Shown piece after piece: positions 48,980-60,349 of a stretch of DNA of 64,000 nucleotides (the first letter of the stretch is position 1; the number at the start of each line of letters is the position of its first letter). The translations under genes and the position numbers were made by a program. The notes under the pieces are model-generated. The model saw only the letters and a list, made by a program, of their open reading frames with translations. It was not told the origin of the DNA and made no database searches. The DNA comes from Squalus acanthias (Eukaryota): positions 52,516,001 through 52,580,000 of the forward strand of contig CM059432.1 in NCBI GenBank assembly GCA_030390025.1, in the 5' to 3' direction.

Positions 48980-49216
48980 GTCGTCACGTGCTGGAGGCGC
49001 CACCCACCATGTCATCAAACCAGGGTGACTGATGATTGATGGCGGAACTGACCAATCAAAGCAGGGGGAAATTGAGCTGCATCTACATCATAAATAAATT
49101 AGGCGAATAAAGTGCAGGCAGAGGCAGGATTATCCGGTGAAAGAGGGAGGGCGTATGGGTGGTGTATTTATGAAACAATGGAGCCAAGACAGCGTGCCAA
49201 ATTTAAGAAAGTAAGT
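48980..49216 (+). promoter_or_regulatory. Candidate promoter and first exon of a downstream gene
   Basis: E-box CACGTG (48985), CCAAT (49052), TATA-like CATAAATAAA (49089), strong Kozak acaATGG (49178) reading MEPRQRAKFKK into the donor AAA|gtaagt (49211). Confidence 0.35.
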
Positions 49217-49319
49217 TTATTTAACCAGTATTTTTAAAGAATCTTTTAAGCACTCGCAAATGAACAGAATCCGAGCGTCTTATGCAAGTTGCATTTGCTC
49301 TGTGAAAACCCCTCGGGTG

Positions 49320-49775
49320 CAGTAGATAGAGCAGGAGGTAAGGGAGAAACTAGAGAAAGACATGGGTTCAGGGTTAGGGCACAGGGGAGCCTTGGGAGAG
49401 GTTTGGGGGGTGTGGCAGAGGCGGATGAATAGATGGTCTTAATCTTTGCAACAAACAAGTCTGTGAGCTCCTTCCACATGTTGTTGGTGAGAACATTGGA
49501 ATCTCCATAATACATACACTGGAGAAAATTTTGAAAGCTGAAAACCCTCAGCTATAGGAGGGAAGGTGGGCTGAAGCAGGAGCAGAGATGGGCAATGTTA
49601 CGGAGGTGGAAGTGGGCAGTCGTTGTGATGGAGGGGACTATGGAGTTAGAAGTTCAGTTCAGGGATGCTGCAGTAGCAAACCATTTGGTTCAACCTGAGA
49701 TAGTGGCCAAGGAACAGAGAAGGAATTGGTGGCCAAGGAACGGTGTCTGTGGTGGGGCTGAAAACCATGGCTTAG
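49320..49775 (-). mobile_element. L2 LINE fragment (host of nested CR1), left part
   Basis: Homologous to the 60950-61180 and 62040-62170 L2 sequence. It continues at 52395. Confidence 0.7.
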
Positions 49776-52394
49776 ATATATGGAGAAGGGTGATGTAGGC
49801 ATAGAAATCAGGCAGGGGGATTGTGATATACTTGAACAAATTAGTATTGAGAGGGAGGAGGTACTAGCGGTTTTAGCAGGCTTAAAAGTGGATAAATCCC
49901 CAGGCCCTGACGGGATGTATCCCAGTCTGCTGTGTGAGACAAGGGAGGAGATTGCAGGGGCTCTGACACAAATTTTCAGAACCTCTCTGGCCACAGGGGA
50001 GGTGCCAGAGGACTGGAGAACAGCTAACATAGTACCATTGTTCAAGAAGGGTAGTAGGGATAAACCAGGGAATTACAGGCCAGTGAGCCTAACATCAGTG
50101 GTAGGGAAATTATTGGAAAAAATTCTGAGGGACAGAATTAGTCTCCACTTGGAGAGGCAGGGAGTAATCAGGGATAGTCAGCATGGCTTTCTCAGGGGGA
50201 GATCATGTCTGACCAATTTGATTGAATTTTTCGAGGGGGTGACTAGGTGTGTGGATGAGGGTAGTGCAGTTGATGTAGTCTACATGGACTTCAGTAAGGC
50301 TTTTGACAAAGTCCCACATGGGAGACTGGTCAAGAAGGTAAGAGCCCATGGGATCCAGGGCAATTTGGCACATTGGATCCAAAATTGGCTAAGTGGCAGG
50401 AGGCAGAGGGTGATGGTCGAAGGTTGTTTTTGTGACTGGAAGCCTGTGTCCAGTGGTGTACCGCAGGGATCGGTGCTGGGTCCTTTGCTGTTTGTAGTGT
50501 ACATTAATGATTTAGATATGAATGTAGGAGGTATGATCAGTAAGTTCGCAGATGACACGAAAATTGGTAGAGTGGTAAATAACGAGGAGGGAAGCCTCAG
50601 GCTACAGGACGATATAGATGGGATGGTTAGATGGGCAGAACAGTGGCAAATGGAATTTAACCCTGAAAAGTGTGAGGTGATGCATTTTGGGAGGACAAAC
50701 AAGGCAAGGGAATACACAATGAATGGTAGGATCCTAGGAAGGACAGAGGATCAGAGGGACCTTGGTGTGCATGTACATAGATCCCTGAAGGCAGCAGGAC
50801 AGGTAGATAAGGTGGTTAAAAAGGCATATGGGATACTTGCCTTCATTAGCCGAGGCATAGAATATAAGAGCAGGGAGGTTATGATGGAGCTGTACAAAAT
50901 GCTAGTTAGGCCACAGCTGGAATACTGTGTGCTCTCGAGGCAGTGCAAAAAAGGTTCACTCGGTTAATCCCGGGGATGAGGGGGTGGTCATATGAGGAGA
51001 GGTTGGGTAGATTGGGACTCTACTCATTGGAGTTCAGAAGAATGAGAGGCGATCTTATTGAAACATATAAGATTGTGAAGGGGTTGGATCGGGTGGATGC
51101 GGGGAGGATGTTCCCGATGACGGGTGAGACTAGAACTAGGGGACATAGTCTTAGAATAAGGGGCTGCTCTTTCAAAACTGAGATGAGGAGGAACTACTTC
51201 ACTCAGAGGGTGGTAGGTCCATGGAATATGCTGCCACAAAAAGCTGTAGAAGCTACATCATTAAATAAATTTAAAACAGAAATAGACAGTTTCCTAGAAG
51301 TAAAGGGCATTAAGGGTTACGGGGAGCGGGCAGGAATTTGGACATGAGTCTAGGTTCGGATCCGGTCATGGCCCTGTGGGTAGTGGAGCGGGCCCAGGGA
51401 CCGTGTAGCCTAATTCTGCTCCTATTTCATGTGTGCAATTCTGTTAGATGCAGGAGATGGTTCTGTGATAGATAGTAGATTGGCGGTTAGGATCAGATCA
51501 GCCATGATCTTATTGAATGGCGGAGCAGGCTCGAGGGACCGATTGGCCTACTCCTGCTCCTATTTCTTATGTTCTTATGTTCTTATGTTCTGGTCGCCAC
51601 ACTATAGGAAGGATGTGATTGCATTGGAGAGGGTGCAGAGGAGATTCACCAGGATGTTACCTGGGCTGGAGCGCTTCAGCTATGAAGAGAGACTAAGGAT
51701 AAGGGGTAAGCCATTTAGGACAGAAATGAGGAAGAATTTCTTCACCCAGAGAGTGGTGAACCTGTGGAATTCTCTACCACAGAAGGTAGTTGAGGTCAAG
51801 TCATTAAATATATTCAAGAATGAGTTAGATATATTTCTTAAAGCTAAAGGTATCAAGGGATATGGGGAGAAGGCAGGTACAGGGTACTGAGTTTGGATGA
51901 TCAGCCATGATCTCATCGAATGGCGGAGCAGGCTCGAGGGGCCGAATGGCCTACTCCTGCTCCTATCTTCTATGTTTCTATGACAGGCTGGGATTGTTTT
52001 CCTTAGAGCAGAGAAGGCTGAGGGGGGGTCTGATTGAGGTGTACAAAATTATGAGGGGCATAGATAGGGTAGATAGAAAAGAACTTTTCCCCCTAGTAGA
52101 GGGGTCAATAACCAGGGGGCATAGTTTCAAGGTAAGGGGCAGGAGGTTTAGAGGGGATTTGAGGAAAAACTTTTTCACCCAGAGGGTGGTTGGAATCTGG
52201 AACTCACTGCCTGAAAGGATGGTAGAGGCAGGAACCCTCATAACATTCAAGAAGCATTTAGATGAGCACTTGAAACGCCATAGCATGCAAGGCTACGGAC
52301 CAAGTGCTGGGAAATGGGATTAGAATAGACAGGGCTTGATGGCCGGCACGGACACGATAGGCCGAAGGGCCTCTTTCTGTGCTGTATAACTCTA
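49776..52394 (+). mobile_element. CR1 LINE RT region with two further CR1 3' ends nested inside
   Basis: Open RT ORF of ~385 codons (KSPGPDG, QHGF, DFSKAFD, PQGSVLGP, FADD) broken at 50930-51587 and 51693-51981 by other CR1 3' ends, each with its own (TTCTATG/TTATGTTC)n tail. Confidence 0.9.
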
Positions 52395-52530
52395 TTCCCA
52401 ATGTTTAACTGGAGTAATTTTTGGCTCATCCAGGGTTCGATGTCAGACAAGCAATCTGACAACACAAAGGCAGTGGAAGTGTTGAGAGAGGCAGTGGAGA
52501 GGTAGAGTTGGGTGTCGGTCAGTGTACAGA
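52395..52530 (-). mobile_element. L2 LINE fragment, right part
   Basis: LSDCLSDIEPWMSQKLLQLNIG, with upstream TDTQLYL matching the L2 YADDTQLYL region. Confidence 0.7.
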
Positions 52531-52904
52531 AAGCTTGGAACTAACGGGTGGATGCTGCTTGGTTGTACTTTGTGGTCATCAGTGTGCAAACAAAAGATAG
52601 GAACATGGGCAAACCGTCAGAGACTAGTGATGGTTGATGGAGGTTAATCTCTATGCGTATTCCACTAGCAGAAGCAGCAAAGTTGTCATGCCGGTTTTCT
52701 TTAAACGCAGAGATAGCACAGCAATCATTAATAAATCTGTGGAAAATAAATGACATGGGCAGTGATATGAAGAAAGATTTTCTGAATAGGCCGTATAGAC
52801 AGTGGGTACAAAAAACTGACGTTCCTGAACAGTGTTACTGTATTATTTATAAACGGTGTCTGAATGTGTTTCAATAGTGTGAAATCACATCCATGGTAAT
52901 TATG

Positions 52905-52953
<49 letters not shown>

Positions 52954-53233
52954 GGACTGCTAAAAAAATTTGCCTCACTACGCTGCGCAACCTAGATTTT
53001 CTGTCCTGGCTACTTTGCTGTGCTCACACCCTGTGTGTCTCCAGATTCGGTTTAGAAAATATGGTCACCCTAATGTATACATCAGTTGGGTTAGTAGCTG
53101 ACCCATTCATTGGCTAGCGCAGTATATTTCATACTCATTAATCAAGTGGACTAAAACATTTTCACAGTTGGACATCTACTTAATAAGCTGAAGCGCTTTG
53201 TAATCAATCAATTACCCATTGGTTCATATATGA

Positions 53234-54954
53234 TGGCCTAAAAATTGCAGTACGCCGGAAACCTGCCGGTGCCATCGCGGGCTGAAGTTTATGGCCGCCC
53301 GAGATCATAGCGCAGGCAGCACCGGTATTTTGGTGCTGCTTGCTAATTTTAATTAGTGCAGCGCTAAACCTACCATGCAAGACTGGTTTTCCGGTGCTAC
53401 TCTCAGCAGAAAGAAGGATGTGGGACCAGATCACCGAGGCCGTCACTGCCAGCAGTGTTGCCCCCAGGATCTGGCTCCGAACCCAAATAAGCTTCATGAC
53501 CTCAGACCAGTGGTCAAGGTCAGTGAATGCATCTTCCAAAGCTGTCACCTACCAACTGCACCACTCGCCTCACACACTGCTCATTGCAGGATGCAGGTCA
53601 GGCAGCATCTCAACCTGAGACATGAACTCTGTTTCTCTCTCCACGGATGCTGCCCGGTCTGCTAAGTTTTTTCAGCATTTTCTGTCTTTTCAGAGGCCTT
53701 CCTTCACCATTCAAGGCCTTGCAAGTGTCCAGTAGCACTCCCAGCACACACTGCACACTTTAAAAACTTTGAACATCTATTGCACCAAGCCACTACTTCA
53801 ATAAAATATGAAAGAAAGTCCAAAAGCTTAAATCCTAAGATGTGTGTGCCCCTTTAAGAAGCACTGACAGCGGGCTGGATTTTGTCTTGGGTTCGGGTTG
53901 GGGTCGTGTCATCCGTATTTCGTGTTCCCCCCCGACTCCAGATGAATGTGGATGAATGATGCAATTTTCACTTAATTGGGCGATTGAGTTCCAGCATGTG
54001 GGAACCCATGAACTAATTAGTGGTTTCAGTCTGAAAGTTGCCTCTGATGATGTCATCATTGCTGCTGCATTGCAGGTCACAGACTGCCTGCCTGGTCTCA
54101 GAGACTGCCTAGCTGTTGGTGAGAGAGGACCTGCCTGGCTGTGAGTGGACCTGGATGCAAAATGGGAATGGGGAGAGAGAGAGAGAGAGAGAGAGAATTT
54201 TTTTTTCCATCCAAGTCCTCTCACAGCAAAGGCCATGCAGTCTCTGCTTCAATGCAGCAGCATCAGAGGCGACTTTCAGATCTAATACTACTACTACCTT
54301 CATCACATCTCCGTTGTAATAGTGGACCAGCAGCTCATAGTCAGCTATCCACTTGTGCTCCCGCCAGGTTTCACTGGAGTGTTTAACATCAGGCGTACTT
54401 CACGTCGGAAAAGGGTTAAACTAGCTAAAACGTTTCAAAATGGCATTACAGAGCCAATTTACGCCTTGTTAAGGGCTTTAATGGCCTCTCCCGCCTCTTG
54501 GAGGCGGGACGGAGTCGGGAACTCCGTGACTGATTTTGTCAAAATTGCGTGGAGGCGGGATGGAGTCGGGATGGGGTCGGGACCCCCGACCCCGCAAATT
54601 TAACCCCCCACACACCTCCAAACCCGACTCCACGGGTCATTCAAAATCCAGCCCAGCGTCTCTGCAGGGCTGCTTCATGCACGCTTTTCTGAGCATGCTT
54701 AGGGCCTGGTGGTAAACTCAGTGAAAAGGTCAAAGTTTGCTGACGTGGCATCAAGTCGGCGTGCAACACTTACTGACGTCATGCTCTGCTAATTTACATT
54801 TCTGGGGCCAGCGCTGCTAACACCAGCACTATGGCCCTTACCAAAATGGCAGCTGCCGAGTCCCATGCTGAAGGCGGGCAAAAGTGAAGCAGCCGCCTTT
54901 TTTTCCCCAAATCGGGCCTTAACGGCCAAGGTAAGACTGCAAATTTCTAGGCCA
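53234..54954. mobile_element. PIF/Harbinger derivative with a Myb/SANT-like remnant
   Basis: TIRs TGGCCTAAAAATTGCAGT / ACTGCAAATTTCTAGGCCA. 53410-53520 encodes RRMWDQITEAVTASSVAPRIW..(K)LHDLRPVVK followed by gtcagt. Confidence 0.7.
53872..54654. mobile_element. Nested Harbinger MITE
   Basis: TIR GGGCTGGATTTTG / CAAAATCCAGCCC and TSD AGC. Same TIR as 32705-34498, opposite orientation. Confidence 0.82.
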
Positions 54955-55603
54955 ATAACAAAAAAAACTTGATGCAGTTAGATTCTTTTGTCATAAGAGG
55001 CTTGTTGAAGTGCATTACTGCACAAGACAGGGCATTTGTCCACCAAACCATTAGGAAAGCACAAATGAGCTCAATCCACCCTAATATCTTATACAAACGT
55101 ATCTTTGTGTTAATAAAGGGTGGCCTTTATGCATAAAAATGGCCAGGTGATATGGAAGTTCTGACCCACCAAAGTTCACAGGGTATGGGGAAGGTCCTTT
55201 CATTTTCATTCAATTGCAGATACCTGCACCATTAGAGACACATTTAGGGGTCTCCTGTCTTGTGCAACAGGCTGCAAATTGTGGCAGAGGTTGCCAGCTA
55301 TGTGGAGTATTTTTCGGAAGGGGGACACATTGAAATATTTTTTAAAAAAGCAACATACCTAACAGGGAAAACACTTGCAGGGCTATGGGAAAAGAGCAGG
55401 GATGTGGGATTAGTTGGATAGCTCTACCAAAGGACTGACACAGACACGATGGGCTAAATGGCCTCCTTCTGAGCTGTATCATTCTATGATTCTATGAACA
55501 TACCCTTATCTTCACGGTCAAAGCCATGATGCCAGCTCAGTGGCGTCCACTGCAGCCATGTGGCCGATAGGTAGACCAGGTCCTAGCAGGTCTACCTATC
55601 GGC

Positions 55604-56137
55604 CAAAGTCAGGAGTGTGATGGAATACTCTCCACTTGCCTGGATGAGTGCAGCTCCAACAACACTCAAGAAGCTCGACACCATCCAGGACAAAGCAGCC
55701 CGCTTGATTGGCACCCCATCCACCACCTTAAACATTCACTCCATCCACCACCGGCGTACTGTGGCTGCAGTGTATACCATCTACAAGATGCACTGCAGCA
55801 ACTCGCCAAGGCTCCTTCGGCAGCACCTCCCAAACCCGCAACCTCTTCCACCTAGGAGGACAAGGGCAGCAGGCGCATGGGAACACCATCACCTGCAAGT
55901 TCCCCTCCAAGTCACATGCCATCCTGTCTTGGAAATATATCGCCGTTCCTTCATCGTCGCTGGGTCAATATCCTGGAACTCCCTACCTAACAGCACTGTG
56001 GGAGTACCTTCACCACATGGACTGCAGCGGTTCAAGAAGGCGGCTCACGACCACCTTCTCAAGGGCAATTAGGGATGGGCAATAAATGCTGGCCTTGCCA
56101 GCGACGCCCACATCCCATAAAAACGAATTTAAAAAAA
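55604..56137 (+). mobile_element. LINE 3' end (RTE-X-like)
   Basis: VMEYSPLAWMSAAPTTLKKLDTIQDKAARLIG...HLLKGN* plus tail. Confidence 0.82.
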
Positions 56138-58011
56138 GGCCCCTCTGACAACCGGGAAAGCAGGAATTTCTGCTGTAGGGAGTTCTGCATCTGGCCCCAG
56201 CCCACCTTATGCCAATGGACTTGTTTAGGGCAGGTGGAGGCTTTGGAATCCCCGATTACAGGCTGGGACCCAGCATAATTCAGTCCCAGAATAATTTGTA
56301 GTCCTGTCAAAGTTATGGTGTAAATGTACTAGAAGAGCTGCAGATTTTCGGTCCCTGAGAATTTACCTCTCAATGGTATTTCATGGGGTCTTCTTTATGT
56401 TATTGTGATGCAATTCTGTGATATTGTTTCTTTGATTCTCAACTGATTCAGAGTTCTGTCTTCAAAGGAATTAGGGATATAAACTTGAGAATTTTCAGTG
56501 TTAAGCAGTTCTGACATAGCATATATATCCATTTGCATGCATAGAACTCAATGAGCAATTGGGCTTCATATTCCACAGATGCATCAATCGTGCATCAATA
56601 ATTGGCAATAATAAGCAAACTTGAGGATTATGTATATTAATAATCTAGAAAATTACAACCAACATGGAAACAGAAAGGGAAGAATCTACTTCACCAACCT
56701 TGTTGACTTTTTTGACATCTCAAGTATTCAGAGGATGCCATATGATGTGGTATACTTAGATTTCTAGAAAGCCTTCAACAAAGGTTACCACCGAAACTGA
56801 AAATAATGGAAATTTGAGCTAAAATCTGTTTATGGATAAGAAATTGGCTTAAGGAAAGGAAGTGTTGGGTAGTTTTTTTAGGGGTCTGAAGCAGGGGGTG
56901 GGGAACGTATGAATGGAGTTCCCCAGAGATTGGTGATAACTGTCTTACACTTTGGGCTGTGTCAGTGCTGCCCAATATTTAACTATATGGTAGTGTACCC
57001 CCTTGTGGTTTGAACTGGATATCCATGTCTTTCACAGATGTGCTTCCTTAATCTGAAGGCAGACGAAACAAAAGCTTGGTGAGACAAGGCTACATATAAG
57101 TTATTCAGCTACTTTAATTCACACGTTGTAAACATGCAGTTATGATCAGATTTACTTTTTTCAGTAAGTACTTGTCTTCATGCAATAATGCAAAATAATG
57201 AGCATGCCACGCTTCTCCACGTCAGTGGGTCATCTTAACTTAAAGAAAATGACTTCTAACTGTCCTCTAGCATTAGACTCTTAGTCACAGCCTTTACTGG
57301 GCCTGACTGCCTTGCAGCTGTCATTTTCCAAAACTTGACTGACTTCATTTCTGTGTTTTATCTTTCTCTGTTCACTGCCAGGGGGGCATCAAAGACTTTC
57401 CAATACAATGGGTGCGAGGTGATTTTTGACTGCCAAGACAAGCTAACAAATTGCTTATTTACAGTCTATGGAGAAACATCACCAAAGCTAGCTCATTAGC
57501 ATCTTAACTACTCATCATCTAATACTTGATTTTTTTTAGTTTTAAAACATATTTAAAGGTAACTTTTTCTGACACCTCACTGTATAAAAAAAGGGCCAAA
57601 AATCCCCCAAAATGGCGAGCATTTAAAAATAAATTGAATCATTATTTGAAAAGGAAGAATATAAAAGGTTATATAGAAAGGGTACAACAATAGAATTAGA
57701 TTAAATAGCTCCAGTTGATGAGCCTGGTGCGATGGGCCAAATGATTTTATGTCCATCGTGTAGCTGGTGAGAAAACTGAGACTTAGGACAGCAGCTGCCT
57801 GAAGGCAATATCTGAAGGTTGGAACTGACGCCACGCACTCATAACTCCAGGTTTCGGTGTCTACTACAGAGACAACAGTTGCTGCTGTAGCTCCGCACCT
57901 TCAGCTGGTATCTGTCTACTCACATTACTTACAGCATTGCTTGTATTGCACAGGTTGTCTTGATGACTAGTGCTGCTCTACAAATGTCAACTGCTATCTA
58001 TAGATCTAGAT

Positions 58012-58751
58012 AGTACCTTTACACTTACCTCCTGGATCCTGTGTCCCTCCCTAACACACCCCCAGCGATCGGAGATCCCCCACGAGGCCTCAGATCCCCC
58101 CCCAGGCCTCCGATCCCCCACACGTAGCCTCCCCCCCCCCCCACCCCAGACCTCCAATTCCCCCATCCCCCCACGAGGCCAACCCACCCCCCAGGCCTCC
58201 GATCACCTCCCCCCCGTCCGGCCCCGATCTTCACCTGACTCCCCACCCGCACCTCTGCTCCTCCAGATGTCAATCTTCACCCGACCACCCACTCCCCCAG
58301 TGCTGGTCCCGGCCCCGATCCTTCTCAGTCCCCTCCCCACTGGTCCCGGCCCCCGATCCTTCTCAGACCGACCCCCTTTCCCACCCCATGCTGGTCTGGG
58401 CCCCCGATCTTCAGCGACCCCCAGCCCCCATGCTCCTTTGGTTGCCTCCAGCCCCCGATCCTCTTCCGACCACCCCCGCCCCATGCTCCTCCCGCTACCC
58501 CCCTCCCCCCCCATCTCCCATGCGATCCTGCTCTCCCTCCTCTCTGCGGCCTCGTGCTGCAGGCCTACCCGCCTGGAGCCAGCCAGCCTTTCAATTTGGC
58601 TGGCTGCGGGTGGGAAACAGAGGCTTCCCATTCAAATCAGGCCCTACCGTTAAATTTGGCAGGGCCGGCGGGAAATCCGTTCTCCCAGGTTTCCTGACCG
58701 CTTCGGAGCCCCCTGCTCCCAACCTGCCTTCCCCATTAAAATTCAGCCCCT
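58012..58751. mobile_element. GC-rich non-autonomous element with C-rich minisatellite
   Basis: Shares CCTTTACACTTACCTCCTG and CCTCCGATCCCCC repeats with 18600-18850 and 36655-36960. Ends AAAATTCAGCCCC. Confidence 0.55.
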
Positions 58752-59293
58752 GGTATTAAGCATATGTTTTTCATTCATAATATTCTGAGGTTTTAAATAT
58801 TCCTCAAACTTGTCTATCAATAACTTATTAAATATATGATAATGGCTTGCTCTGTATGTTATTGATTCTAGAGAGTTTAATTTCCTATTTTTAGTGCACT
58901 GGTTAATGTATTTTCATTAAATTTCTGAGCTATGTTAATGCAGTCATTAACCCATTTTTTATAATGACTGTTAAAATAGTGCAGACAATAATTTGACATG
59001 AGTGTAATAACTAGTCCACTAAGAATAGCACAAAGATTAAACCAATTATACTTGACACTTAATCCATTTAACAGTAATATCAGGGGGAAGACTTTATAAT
59101 CCAGCACTCTTGGCAAGAAGTGGCACTTGCAGGAAGTGCATCTCAGGAAATCATCATGCACTGGGTGTGACTTTCTGTCCATTAAAATTAAATGCAACTG
59201 CGAACCCAAGATGCAATTCCAGTGCGTGTCACTCCCTGTTAGGAATGTAGAATCGCAAAATGATTCCTGATATTCTATTTGTTTACCATCTAC

Positions 59294-59595
59294 CCAAAAA
59301 TGTGCGGGTTAGGTTGATTTGGCTATGATAAATTGACCCTTAGTGTTAGGGGGGGATTAAATATGTGGAGTTACGGGGATAGGATGGGATATGTTAGGGG
59401 GAATTAAATACGTGGGGTTACGGGGATAGGGTGGGATATGTGTCGGTGCAGGCTCGATGGGGATTCTGTGTGAGAAAGCAGGGACAGGGTACTGGATTTG
59501 GATGATCAGCCATGATCGTATTGAATGGTGGAGCAGGCTCGACGGGCCGAATGGCCTACTCCTGCTCCTAGTTTCTATGTTTCTATGTTTCTATG
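59294..59595 (+). mobile_element. HE1-like SINE 3' part fused to a CR1 3' tail
   Basis: Reverse complement of 4580-4700 with an internal duplication, then GATCAGCCATGATC...(TTTCTATG)n. Confidence 0.7.
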
Positions 59596-60349
59596 AGTAA
59601 GTGTAATAGGAAGGTTTAACAAGCTAGTGCTTCAGGCTGACAGTGATGCCAAATTGACATTGGTAACTAATTGAATGTCATGTTGATCTGCTGCTTACAT
59701 AAACATGTGTGGCTTATTTGTTGCATTTAAGTAACATAGTCGAGATTATATCAGACCAAAACCAATGTTACAGAGAAGACAGGAAAAATATCTTTAAAGA
59801 AGTGAGGCATAAATGGATGTTTGTCTTGGGAAAATGCTCAAGACTATTAAATAGGATGCTATCAATTTCATTCTGAAGAGGGTGAAATTCAACATTGGTG
59901 GGGACGCAAAACCGCCTTCAATGGAAAGGAAAATCAGGCGGAGGTGGCTAACAGGTGGCCAATTCTCTATCACCTGTTCTGCGCCCCCGCCTTAGTTGAA
60001 TTTCACCCACAATGAGTGCAAAGTCCATAAGGAGCAATAAATCATGGCTTACAAATTGTATTTTTTAGTGAGGTAACTAGTGAATGAAGGCAATAAACAT
60101 GACCACTATCTGGATTTGACACGGACAGTCAGAATTTCAAGTCAGAATCCATTTGTCCATGCTTGCAATTGAAAATTAGTACCTTTCCCAGCTACCCCCT
60201 CAGGAGGTCAATTATCAGCCTCAAGGACACTAGAAACTACAATGTTCACATTGCTGATATGTACAGACTTTCTCCAAACTGTGGATAGAAAATTATGGCG
60301 TGCATCAGATAACATAATGAATTAGAATTATTCTAATGAATAAATGCAA

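Noticed and set aside
57465..57558. Possible exon (ttttacag|TCTATGG...TTAAAG|gtaact)
   Set aside because: The ATG frame stops after 7 codons and no homology is recognisable. It could be a non-coding exon but cannot be supported from sequence alone.
57970..58759. Long Pro-rich/Gly-rich ORFs (227 aa etc.; also 36480-37468 and 18563-18899)
   Set aside because: They arise from stop-poor C/G-rich minisatellites in a repeated element, with no domain or splice support.
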